A stretch of DNA of 54,428 nucleotides from Neolecta irregularis DAH-3 (Eukaryota). Numbering within the stretch: the stretch's first letter is position 1; each line of letters begins with the position of its first letter. A program made the position numbers and the translations under genes. Location: contig LXFE01000332.1 in the NCBI GenBank assembly GCA_001929475.1, forward strand, positions 1 to 54,428, written 5' to 3'. The notes beneath the pieces were generated by a model that did no database searches, had not been told where the DNA came from, and worked only from the letters and a program-made list of their open reading frames with translations. Shown here piece by piece: positions 1 to 12,000 of this stretch.

Positions 1-773
1 GGCGGAGGCGTGGGCTGGAGCGCAGAGGGCACCGGCAGCGAGACCGGTTTCTTGAACAGGCGCTGGTCTTTCTCGCAGCGGTCCTGTGGTGTCTGTGGGC
101 GGTTTGTTGTCGATCGCGGGTAGTTTGATAGAGGTCGCGGGTAGTTTGATAGAGATCGCGGGCAGTCTATCGCAGGTTGCAGGCAGTCTATCGCAGCTTG
201 CGGGTTCTCAAGAACGACAGTGAGCTGGCCGGTGTGCAGAACAGCCGTGGGTGGAATAGTCTTGCGGCGCTTGGCAGGATGCGGGTTCGCAGGGCACGAA
301 GGACGGCGGGATCTGTTTTTGGTAAACTGGGGCTCGCAGGCGGGATCGATGGTCCAGTAGTTGCCCTTGCCCGGCTCGTCCTTGGGGCGCTCCACCTTGA
401 CAAAGGCCTTGTTGAGCGACAGATTATGCCGGATGCTGTTTTGCCAGCCAGACTCGGACGAGCGGTACCACGTAAACGTCGACGAGATCCACGCGTAAAT
501 GGCAGACAGAGTCAGACGCTTGCGGGGTGCTCGCAGAATAGCCATCGCAATGAGCGCCGCATAGCTGTATGGCGGCTTGTCTCCGTCGTCAAACAGCGCC
601 TCTGCGGCAGTGGCATTCGAATTGGTATTCGTACTAGCATTCGCATTCGCATTCACACTCGCACTCGGTGGAGCTAGCAGACAGGCGCGGCCATTGCGCT
701 CAACGAGCTCGGGCAGCGAGTGGGGCGGCGGGGAGGACGGCGGCGTGTGCTTCCGGGCAGGCGAGAGCATCAT
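1..773 (-). CDS. Forkhead-box transcription factor (Sep1/Hcm1-like), 3'-truncated by the window edge
   Basis: Manual minus-strand translation from ATG at 773 stays open to base 1. It contains [78 protein letters not shown], a canonical forkhead domain. Absent from the ORF track because there is no stop in the window. Confidence 0.93.
   Translation of the reverse strand, partial: MMLSPARKHTPPSSPPPHSLPELVERNGRACLLAPPSASVNANANASTNTNSNATAAEALFDDGDKPPYSYAALIAMAILRAPRKRLTLSAIYAWISSTFTWYRSSESGWQNSIRHNLSLNKAFVKVERPKDEPGKGNYWTIDPACEPQFTKNRSRRPSCPANPHPAKRRKTIPPTAVLHTGQLTVVLENPQAAIDCLQPAIDCPRSLSNYPRPLSNYPRSTTNRPQTPQDRCEKDQRLFKKPVSLPVPSALQPTPP
105..200 (-). repeat. Degenerate 21-nt coding tandem repeat in the forkhead gene
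   Basis: Units such as gtcgcgggtagtttgatagag and gcaggcagtctatcgcag(g/c)tt encode [28 protein letters not shown]. Confidence 0.7.
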
Positions 774-859
774 CAAGAATGGCAGGCACCGAGGATGCCC
801 GGCCAGGTCGCGGCAGTAGCGAGCCACTTTAACCCGCAACGTCCGCCCCTGCCCTTGTG

Positions 860-1530
860 GAATGCGCCCCTTGGTGGTGGGTCTGTCTTGTCTGTCTGTC
901 CCTGTCCGTCTGCCTGCCTGTCTGGATGTCTGCCTGGATGTCTGTCTGTGTCTGGATGTATGCCCTCTGGCTCTTGTCTCGGAGGTGGGCTGTAGGTCAG
1001 GGCGTCTCTACTCTTACCTTCCTCGTCTCTTCTTCCTCTGTATCCTCCTCCTCCATCTCTCCTCCATCCTCCATGGCTCGTCTCCATCTCTCTCCTCTCT
1101 ATCTCCTGCTCCCTACCCCCTCCCTCCATCAGCCACACGCTACCCCGCCCCACTGCTAGCCTCACAAACATCCCCACCATCCCGGTACTATTCTTCTCCC
1201 TCAATCCTTCATTCCATCCCACAATTTATTCTCCTTACTCCCTTCAATTACCCCTTCGTGCCTTCCTTGCTTCCCCTCCCCATCTTTCTACATCCTACCC
1301 GTATATCGCTGCTGCTAATCATGTACATCTGCCTCTAATCAAATATATTATCACATACATCTACTCTAATCATATACATCATCACATGCATCTACTATAT
1401 TCCTTCACTTCAATATATGCACTTTCTCAATCCCCCTCCCTGGCATACACTTCTCCATACATCACTCCCTCAGCATATACCTCAGCATACATCATTCCTC
1501 AGTATATACACTTCAGCATACATCACCCCC
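860..1530. repeat. Pyrimidine-rich low-complexity intergenic region between the divergent forkhead and TAM41 genes
   Basis: ctgtctg/ctggatgt microrepeats, then CT-rich and catatac-rich tracts. The overlapping ORFs are compositional artefacts. Confidence 0.6.
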
Positions 1531-1532
1531 CA

Positions 1533-2877
1533 ATGCTCCATGCTCCCCTCCCTCCTTCTATATCGTCACTAAGAAAAGTAATCTTCTCACCCTCCCGTCT
1601 TTTATTCCCTCAGCCTCGCTTCTCATCAACAAATCTTCCCCCAGCAAACTGGGACTACGACTCAGATTCGTCCATTTCAGATATCCAAAAATTCAGCCAG
1701 TTGCCACCAAACTTGGGCTACAACCAACACATCCTTCTCGAAAATCAGGAATTCAAGGAAGAGTTGCGTCTCATCGTCAGACAGTTCAATGCCCCAATTC
1801 GTTATGCCTACGCTTATGGTTCCGCCGTCTTCAAACAAAAGGGTTACAAACATACCGTACCTTCTTTATCAAAAAATAACTCACTCTAGGAACCACCCGT
1901 AATCGATTTTATCTTTGCAGTTTCCCACGCCCAACACTGGCATTCACTCAACCTCACTCAATTCCCCCGTCACTATTCAGGCCTCGGGAAACTCGGTTCA
2001 GGAGCAGTCAGCTTTGTCCAAGACCGCTTGGGCGCAGGCGTGTACTTTAACCCATATGTTCAAATAAACGGCATGGTATGCCCTCTCAGTTCCACGGCTA
2101 ATGCAAGACAATCAAATATGGCGTCGTTAGTCTTGACCGCTTGGTCGACGATCTTTTGCATTGGGATACCCTCTATCTCGCCGGTCGCATGCACAAACCC
2201 ATAAAAATACTCCGAGATGAACCCCGAGTTCGACTGGCAAACCATATAAACCTAATATCGGCCCTCCGTGTCGCACTACTTCTTCTACCTGAAAATTTTG
2301 AAGAGCGAATGTTATTTCGTACAATTGCAGGGCTTTCGTACATGGGTTCTCCGCCCTTGCTTACACATCTAACATTACAGGCGATCCCCGAATGTGGTTG
2401 CCAGCAGAAAATCCAAATAAAGTCGAAAATATAATCGCCAAACAACTCTTAAATTTCAGGAGACTATATAATCCCCTGATTGATACTCTGCCGAATATCT
2501 CATACGTCTCGCCTCTACTTGCCAACGACACCGAAGGACGAACAATTCTCTCTCAAAACTTTGATCCGGTTCCGAGAGGAAACATCGTTCGTCGACTTCC
2601 AAAATCGTTTCGCGATCGCCTTTATTACGCTTACCAACGGAAATTTGACGGGGCCGTCGACCCTGCTGCAAACCCAGAAAGTCCAAGAATCGGAACAGTA
2701 TTCGATCAACGAATCGCAAATGATCCCGATCTCCCTCTGCAGGTATCGAAAACGGTAAAGGCGACTGTCAGTTTACCGAGCACTGTACAAAGTATCAAGG
2801 GTTTGGTGACTGCCGGTACCAGGAAAAGCTGCCTGTACCTTGGCGAAAAGATTAAAAAATGGAGAGGTTCAGGTTAG
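1533..2877 (+). CDS. TAM41: Mitochondrial phosphatidate cytidylyltransferase Tam41
   Basis: Exons 1533-1856, 1890-2075, 2108-2345, 2381-2877 (introns 33, 32, 35 nt). Motifs APIRYAYAYGSAVFKQ, IDFIFAV, GAGVYFNPY, IKYGVV, WDTLYLAGRMHKP, SYMGDPRM and ENPNKVENI. Presequence-like N-terminus. Confidence 0.95.
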
Positions 2878-2947
2878 TCGGTCGTTGGCGTTGGTATGTA
2901 TAAAAGGTGGGCTGGATAGATTATATTACGGTGTCATTTTGGTGATA

Positions 2948-3838
2948 CTATCTCTTCCTCAAGGCATCAAACCGTTTCTGCAGCTCGTTGTCGAAATCGC
3001 GTTCCGTCTTTATTTCGACCAATGGTACATGCACAGCAGGTGCAATCTCCTTTGGAATATGTACAAGAGGTCTCAGGTTCTCTGTACTCGGTGACGGCGG
3101 AGCTATAGCGATCGGACCATGCTGAAGATCGGCCGATTCTCGCAGCACACCTTCTTCAGAGTCGTCTTCCGAGTCGTCTCCATAGGGAATATCATATGTT
3201 CGAGCAATCTCAGTCAGATACCTATCCACAAGATCCAGATCAGGTGGATCAATCCGTAGTTTCACAAGAACCTCGAACGTTACACACGCGACAGTGACAA
3301 ATCTACCTTGGCGTTGACCTTTGATTCGCTGTTCCCAATAGCTCTGAGTGAAAACTCCTTTCCAAACCTTTGCATCAGTAACTCGCGCACCTGAAATTCA
3401 ACTCTGGGATAATAACCATTATACCGTTTGTAATTCTTTGACTTCTGTCTTGGTTGCACAATAAATAATTGTCTGAATCGCCTCTTCTAAGCCAATATCA
3501 CACTCCCTTTGATTCTGAAAATTAATTAATCCACCAGCAGACCATACCTCCAATAATCCAAACCTTGCCAACAGCAGCTCACACTATCCCTATTACCCAG
3601 GCTGCGCCAACAGGGAACGCACAAACAACTCTAGAATCTCGAGTAATTCAGTATTCACATCCTCTCGAATAACATTCTCCACTCGTATTTTCGCGCTCTC
3701 GAGTTTTCCTTTTTCCAAGAGTTGTGCAAGGTCCCTGCGCTGCTGCTTTGCCAGCGCAGATTTTTTCGACTGAAGGAGACGCAGACGGGTTATTGACAGA
3801 CGTAATTGAGCTTTGAGTCTACGGTGGAGTTGGTCCAT
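2948..3838 (-). CDS. IST1: ESCRT-III-like Vps4 regulator Ist1
   Basis: Five exons with 33-39 nt introns. LKAQLRLSITRLRLLQSKK...AKIRVENVIRED...LEILELFCELLLARFGLL, TEVKEL, and a C-terminal MIM1-like DNELQKRFDALRKR. Confidence 0.94.
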
Positions 3839-4126
3839 GAACCGTCGTCATCTTCACCAACGCGGTGATTACACGTAGACCTCGGGCTCAGGTGGAATCT
3901 ATGATAAAACAAATCGCCCTCTCGAAATTGATTGAATACTTGATATCCATGTATTTACCATCCACTTTGGATACGCGATCTTATCAAGGGATAAATGTAT
4001 CTTGATTTAAAAACCTTGAAACCCCGGGCTATCACTAGCTATTCACCCTGGTTTCAACTATATATATGTCCATCAACCTGGAATCGACAGAGGTCTTGAC
4101 GACACCGACAGAAGAGCTTTATCGGA

Positions 4127-7100
4127 ATGCAACAAAATCCAAGTACAATTCATCGTCCATTTTCATCCCTAAATCAACTTTACGAATTCATTTCTTCGAG
4201 AAAAGCTAAAAGGCTTTTAAAATGCGTTGTTGCTTATCTGTGTATCTTGATCCTTGCAGTGGTGCCCAGTACTATACATCGTCTAGGTCGATATCTATAC
4301 ATTGGTATCCATTTACACTTTTCTTTTACTTCGTAAATAACAACTCTCAGGGCACGTTGTAATTATTTACTTACACCCTGGCCGAACGATCGGTACAATG
4401 CTCGATCAAGTTGCTTTTACCGGTTTTGGAATATTATCTGGACTCGGAATTTCATATGTTGGCTGCATATTAAATGCCCTTGCGAATAAACGGGGTATTC
4501 GTGGCGAATGGATTGTTTTTAATCTTGTCATTTTGGTTTCTTTTGTTCATGGGTACCTTCGAAGCAGATCTTTGAAATATGCAAGTGGTGCTATATTAAT
4601 GAATACATTATGTATACTGGCTCTGGTATGATTTTCTATGTTTAATTGACTGGCTGATATCTTTCAGACGACGAATATTTATGGCAAGACGTTTCCGAAA
4701 GGACAGTTTCAACAGATTGTTTACCCGTCTTTATTAGCCATTGCCGTTGCTCTATTTTGCAACATTGCGATATTTCCAGAACAGAGTACAAGTAAACTTG
4801 GTATGAGTCATTTTTTAATAATGTTTTATAACGGGTATAGGAAACGTGCTTATCAAAAATTTTCAAAGAGCCCAGGAATCGTTGTCTGCATCTACTGATG
4901 TTCTTCTTCATCGTGGATCATCAGAGGTACCTTCTGACCCGGAAGAAGTACTCGGATTCCTACTTGAAAGGAAAACACAACTTCAACAAGCATTCGTCTC
5001 ATTTCAAAACGTCTACCATGATTCAATATACGAATTTTCTTATAGTTGTCTTTCTGTTAGGGATATGAAGTATATTAAATCGGAATTGAGACCACTTGTT
5101 GCGAGGATAAGTTCGCTTGTGGGTGCTTGTAAAGCAGCTCAAATAATGCTAAGTTGCGTCAAAAAATCCGATGGACGGCCAGAAAGTAGAGGAACAAGCT
5201 TCCAGTCAACACTGAAAAGGTACTTTTAACCCGAAAATAAAGAGCTACCCAACTAGACTTGAGAATCCTCTCTTGACATTGAAAACTTCAATGAATGATT
5301 CCCTGGACGCCATATCAAATGCAATTGGACTATTGTACAATGTAAAGATCCAAGAAGGTAGTACAAGAGTAATTCCACCTCAAAATCTAATAAAGTCGCT
5401 CTCGGGACAAGCTATTTCCCTCGGAAACTCAATTTACGACTTTGATCAAACTTCTCAAGGGGCATTGAAAGCCCTTGCTATGAACACCGTCTCTGATATA
5501 TGGACTCGAGAAGAAATTTCTCTGCTCAGTTCATTCATCGTAAACATAAGAGAAGCCTCGTAAGTTTTTACCTTTTACTTTGGGGAAATGCTTACTTGGG
5601 TTTAGAATTCATATTATTCACTGTGTGAAACAAACTGAAGATTTGGCTTTTCGTTATATGGAAAGAAAAGGAAGGGCGAGTATTTGGTTGCCACATTCTG
5701 AACGACTTGTTCCGCCACATATTCATAAATCCAAAGACCAATCTCGACCGACTTCAAGTTCGACAATGGGCCAGCGATCTCTTTACGATCATCAGAATTC
5801 TCTTGGAGTTGAAGATTGGTCATGGGATGTTCAAAAAGCTCTGACCAAAGAAAGCTGGGGACGCTTGTATCGTATGAGTATCTGGATCGATGACATCTGG
5901 CGGAAATTGTCAGAGAGCAATAATGTAAAGTTTGGCTTGAAGATAATGATTGGTGTCTCCCTCCTTATTTGGCCCGTCTTTGTTCCGCAATGGAACAGTT
6001 GGTGTGAAACGAATAAAGGTATCGACATATTTCATATCTGAATTGATCTAGAAATAGTTCAGTGGGCTTCAATTGGTCTTGTAAGGATCTCTACGATTTG
6101 CGTCTCTTATATTAGATTGTTGTAATTGATACTTCAATGGGCCAGACGACTACATCGTATGCTTACCGTGCTTGTGGAACTTTTCTCGGCGGCCTTTATG
6201 GCTGGGCAGTGTCCTCAATTCATCATGGCAATCCCTATGTGTTGACCACCTTGATTGGAATTGCCTGTGTTCCCTGCTTTTATTGTCGCATGTAACCTCC
6301 TTAAAGCACCGAACTGACAGTGTAGAATTGGTAAACAAACCTATAAAATAGAATTAATTCGTAGAACGTTCCAAAATTTCAAATCCCGGCACTTATTTTC
6401 AATATTACAATGGCTCTCGTTGCGGTATTTCCCTTATCTTTCATTCAGTTCATGAGGTCTAGTTGCCTTCATATTCGCAAAGTACATCAACCTCTGCACG
6501 AGATTTTTTCATACGACGTTCTGTGGGTATCGCAACTGGTATGGGTAGTTATTTTTGAGCAATCTCACCCACAAAGGCGGCTTATTCTCTATTTTATTGC
6601 ATTTCTTCTTATTCCCTGTTCGAGTAGGCTTGACATCTTGAGACAGGCCAGCTCACGTTAGGCGCGCGATAAACTTATTGCAGAGATCGGCCACTGTTTG
6701 TCGAATATTTGCAAAATGGAAGATTTCTTAATTAGTAGTTTGATGGAACGAGATGGTTCATTCACGCCTGTAGGATTACGTCCGTACAATTCTGCAAATA
6801 AGAAAGCGATCATGTCTTTAACAAAGGCTTCTGCTTTACGTATGGTCCTTTTCTTTTACTTTTTGATTGCCTAGTTATTGCTACCCGCACGGAACCAAGA
6901 GTGAAAGCACCGTTTCCTTCGAAAGAATTTGAACAAATCGTTTATAGTACATTATTTCCTTGAAACTCTATTGACTGATTCGATAGCTCTTCGAAAGATT
7001 ATTGAAAATTTTGACAATATTATTCAATTTCGTCTTAGTTACAGACTTCCTTCAAATGATGCATCAAGGGTCCGTTTTCCACGGCAAGGATTGATGTGAC

Positions 7101-7656
7101 CTTTTGATAGATTTTGCTCATGGCCGAGCGTAAAGAAGTTGCAGGATGTGTCATTTTATCGTTATACGTGTCACGCGAAGCGCTCTTGACGAAAATACCT
7201 TTACCGCAATGGCTTCCTAGCGTCCGTACATCACATCAAAGACTTCTCGAAGGCGTTCGTCAGAGGACTCGCTCTGAAACCGACTCGCCAATGGACGACG
7301 AAGAGATGAGTAAACTGAGAAATATCTGTTGGAATGCTACCACTGGAATATTTGAAGAGGTTTGTTTCCACCTTGAAATTTACCCTTAAATCCCACAGAT
7401 TATAGAGTATATCGAAGAACTTTTGGGACTTGTTCGGAGTCTTGTCGGTGATCATGAACTTTGCGCCCCGCCACTGACACGACCCATAACTCCGCAATCG
7501 ATTCATTCGAGATCCAGAACAATGCCGACCCTTGCTCGAATTCAAACTCTAGACGATAGACCTGGTAGTGGCATAACGCGTAGTTATAGTCACAGTGGAA
7601 GTATTGAAGTCATGCATAGGGTCCAATCAAGAAAACTATCAATGATTAAACAGTAG
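4127..7656 (+). CDS. Multi-pass membrane protein, aromatic acid exporter / FUSC-like (ArAE_2, Bre4-related) family
   Basis: About 17 exons join in frame. Motifs HPGRTIGTM, KFGLKIMIGVSLLIWPVF, RACGTFLGGLYGW, FPVRARDKL and EPRVKAPFP are typical of fungal ArAE_2/FUSC_2 proteins. The start may instead be ATG 4066 with an extra intron. Confidence 0.8.
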
Positions 7657-8128
7657 AGAGAGTCATATCCCGTATTAATTACTAGCACTTGGGGTAAAAG
7701 GATGCTCAAGAAGCTGGAGAAAACTCTGAAACTCTTATAAACACTTTCTTCTTCCCGCTTCCCCCTTCTATTTTAGACTTAAATACTAAAACAGCATACA
7801 CTTATAGTTTACATGTTTTTGGTGGCTTATAAATTTTGACACGCTTCATGCTCCTTTCGAATATCTGCTTGTCGAGGATATGTCTCAAGGATATGAGGAG
7901 GAAGAGTCTTCAAACGATCATGGAAATAAAAGATCGCAAGTTAGATAGAGAATGTGATGATGAGTATCCGCCTCTGATTGGTCTCCTGATATGATACTGA
8001 GTGGAAAGTAAGACGAGGAAAGCGTGCCCCAAGCTCATTTTATTGAGTGTACTAGATGTTGAGTAATTGATTGACGGGGTATTAAGCGTATTATCATTAC
8101 CATTCAACGCTGGATGAAAGGACTCCCA

Positions 8129-8680
8129 TTAACCAAGTCGTTCCAGATACTCCAATCGACCCATTACCACGCCTTTGTTCATTTCTTGAATTTCGCCTGC
8201 AAGAAACACCTCATCCAAGATACCATATACCTGAGATTATGTAAGAACCCCTGTAAATGAAGAGTACTTTGTAAAAGTTAAAGACCAGATCCAGTTCGCA
8301 GACGTTTCCAAAAAACTGATCTAAAATCTCGACAAAGAAGTGAATTGCTTCAAGATACGCCAATTCGTTGTCATTGGCGTCGACGCATATGCAGAAAAAT
8401 AGCCCCGCGTAACGACGGTATACTATCTTATGGTTTCGAAACTCCACAAAATTACTCTGATATTTCTGATCCCGCGTTGCAACTACTCGATGAACTTCCC
8501 CCTTAATTTTGATCTTTTCTGCGTCCTAAATTTTCAACAGGGGTTCATATGTCTAGTATTTCCTACCGTGTATGGTACATACCATTTTGAAAGGCGGGTC
8601 TTTCCTTGCCTATTTTGCACGAGAATGAATTGTATCCGTAGAAGAGTCAAAATAGGCTAGAAACAAGAATGAAATACCAT
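8129..8680 (-). CDS. APS2: AP-2 adaptor complex sigma subunit
   Basis: [20 protein letters not shown]...[78 protein letters not shown]. Three introns; the first has an unusual acceptor (see findings). Confidence 0.95.
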
Positions 8681-9005
8681 GCTAAGGCCTGCGAGCTCAC
8701 AGAGTTGGTCTCCAAGGTCGAGTTGCCTCACGTGGATAAATGAGCGAACTTATTCTTGTCGAATAACGCTTCACACAGCAATGACAGCAGTTTTGCATGA
8801 CATTTATGTTTCTGGCATATATCATATGCATCAAAGTATCCGTCTTCAAGAACTAGTGTATCCATGTTGAAATCTTTTACCATAATTTGATTCAAAATAT
8901 CAGCCAGGCTACGTCATGTAAAGTTGTAAGTCGAACGTTCCTCTATCGAAAGGCAGTCGTAAATCATTTATTTTAGCGCCTTTCATGCATTATTGCTCCC
9001 CATAA

Positions 9006-12000
9006 ATGGTCAAAAAAGACGGAAGGCAGAAACAGAAACTTGCCAAACCGGCTAGCAGCAGGTTTGACCAACCGGCTAAATATCGTTGAATACATTATAG
9101 TCGGGCACAAATAGGTGAATCGCCAAATCCATTATTATCAAGTCTTCTCGTCTCGTCAAGTCGATCTCCCACAGTAGAACTCGCCGACTTCTCAAAGCTT
9201 CCTCCAGAACTGCATGTAATTTTCAAGAACTTGACGAAAAAGGATGCAAAAACAAAATCAAGAGCACTCGACGAATTTTCTATCTGGCTCGAAAATCACA
9301 GAGACTACTCGGAAGAGACTTCAAAGACATGGGTATGTAGGCTCTTGTTATGATATTTTGAACCAACAGCTCTAGTTTCGAGTATACAATAAACTGGTCA
9401 TTGATGTGGAAAGAACTATCCGAATTCGTGTACACACAGTACATGGTATAGTCTGTAGAACTGCAGGCAAGCGGGCTTCGAAATATTTCAATGAATTCAT
9501 TGGAGCCTGGCTGACCACGACGAATGAAGTTGACTATGGAGTCTCCAAGGCCGCATTAGAAAGCTTCAAATTGGTATTCCCAGAATCGAGACGCACGGAT
9601 GTTTGGAAAGTATTCTCTGGACCTATACTCGATTATATTGTTCGTATCATCTGCTTTGAAACAGAGCAGACGCTAAGTATTATGGCTGATTTTGTGTACT
9701 CTGATAAATCAAGGTGATGAGAAATACACCACAAAGCAAGACGCCGAGGCAAAGTACTTTAGGATTGTTGTTAGCTGTCTCAGAACATTGTGTTATATGC
9801 TGGGTATGCCATTCTCGTATAATACTTCATTTAAGCTTGTCAGGAAATGTGGAAGATATCACACCCCAATATTCCAATTTCGTCAATGAATTGCTTTCGT
9901 CCAAGAAACTTCTTCAGTTGGCATTGCGTCCAGAAGGAATTCTTAAATCCCAGTTATTCAAATTCTTGCAGATTATCTTGAACTCGCATCGCCGTAGGTC
10001 TCCTGAATAATTATTCTTACACCTAGAATTAATTACTTCTCATTGTCAAACTTTGGCAGAGGAGATCCTAGCTCCATGTTTCAAATCCCCTCCTCTCGAT
10101 AGTTCAGTAGCAGATTTCATGGGAACTGTACTTCTGATCAGCAAAAGTATGACTAGTTTAAGTTCGTCTCTAACAGAAAGCCATTCCAGAGGTTTGGGCA
10201 TCATTGCCATCAGCCTCCCGGTTTCCTTCGCGGTTTAGCCGGTTATTAAAAAAGGCCAGTTACGGAACTGGTGCTGAATTTTGGTCAAGTTGCTCCTCTT
10301 TGATCCCGACCTTGCCGTTAATAGTATTACCTCGGGATATGAAGACGACAGAGGCAATACTGGAAGCTTCGTGGGAGGGAGTGAATCAAGAGATGATCGG
10401 ACACAAATTTGTAGCGCTCGAGAATTACTTCACGATGGCATACTGGTTCCACGACAATGTGCTTGACGATAAGAAAAATTGCGAAGTGATGTCCCATTTC
10501 ATACTCTCAAAGTTGGACGTGCTTTTATTTACATCAAGTCCTATAAGAGAAAACCATCACTCTGTTTTGTTCGCGAAAGTGATCGGGGTTATCAGTCAAA
10601 TCCGTAACGGAGTTCTGGACCTTGAATGGACCCATTTGGCTCATAGATTGCAGTTTGCAATGATGGAAGGGAAATCCAATGAGGTCTGCTCTCCAATTTC
10701 TTTGGCGGAATCCGGACAAAGGTTTATCGATGCCTTGACATCTTTCAATAATGATGCACTTGATTCAAGGCGTGTGGAACTCATATTGGGTACGCTTAGT
10801 ACCATCCGAAAACAGGAGGGTACTAAATGTTACTTGCAAATCAAAGCTAAAGAGACAGGGTCAACCATCGACAATATTAAGATTTTGAATGCAGCTGTAG
10901 CTCAGTTTCCTAAGGCTATTTTGAAAAGACCCGAGATTCATTCCGTACGAACTACTATATTCTAGTCTTACCACCAGGCGTTACAATCATTCGCACAGTA
11001 CGAAATTCCACAGCTTGTCTCGGTTGGGATTGCTAAGCTTGTAACACAGATTTTCATCAACATTCTTGAAGTTTATCAGCACGACCCGGACGCTAGCGCT
11101 AGTTTGAAGCCTACGTTAACATTACTACTGGCCTCAGAGCAAACCTCTGAAATTGTTTTAAATGGATTGCTTAATCGTTCTCTCAAAATCATAGACTCGG
11201 CGGATATCGATGCATTTGTTTCGCAAAAGCTCCAGAAAGATAACATATCGACGGAGGATTGGAATTTGATATGCGATATTATTACATGTCAAGGTGAACC
11301 ATTTATTGACTTTGCTGCTCATCATAAACAGATAATTCTTTAATACCTGATACAATTAACAATACTTTGTCGAAACTGGTGGCGAAACTCGATTCGAAAA
11401 CAGAAAACTCGGATGTCGTCGACAATACAGTCGATATTATTTCAAAAATGTTGAAAGTCAATGACAGAAACCTTCTCGAAGTGGTCATTAGCAATCCTGT
11501 CTCCGTACAGATCATAATGTTGTCCGCAAGGTATCGGTCACAAGGACCTTTGCAGGAATTCGGGGTTTCTTTAAATAACGCCCTTGAACTCATCCAGAAA
11601 CCGATACTTACTTTAAAGTTCTGGGCCGATGTGTTTTCACAATTGAAGAAAGCTCTGATAAACGTTGAATCTGAGGACCATGCATTGTAATGTCACCATA
11701 AAATGATCCATTGTTAATGCCTAAGGGAGCTGACCGATCAAGCCAAATATATACTAGACGCGCTCTCACCCGAACTGTTCTCACAAGTTTCATGTTTGGC
11801 CATACTGCAGTCAGATATTTGGAGGACTATTTACTCACTTGTCATGAAGGACTGCTCGCCTAGTTCAATCGCAGTCACGGACTCACTCTTGCTTCTGCCC
11901 TACTCATGCGATAATACTGGCGAAGGTACCACTCCGTATGACTCTTTTGGATATTCCGCATTTTTTAGAGTCTGCACGTATACCAAGGAACTTTTGACAA

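Noticed and set aside
177-1338. Several overlapping ORFs in the track (e.g. 177-677 +, 862-1338 +, 773-1222 -)
   Set aside because: They are antisense shadows of the forkhead gene or products of low-complexity sequence, with no protein motifs.
7945-8005. GTGATGA followed by several CTGA motifs, resembling a C/D box snoRNA
   Set aside because: Short, no clear terminal stem and no rRNA guide I can identify. A snoscan or Infernal search is needed.
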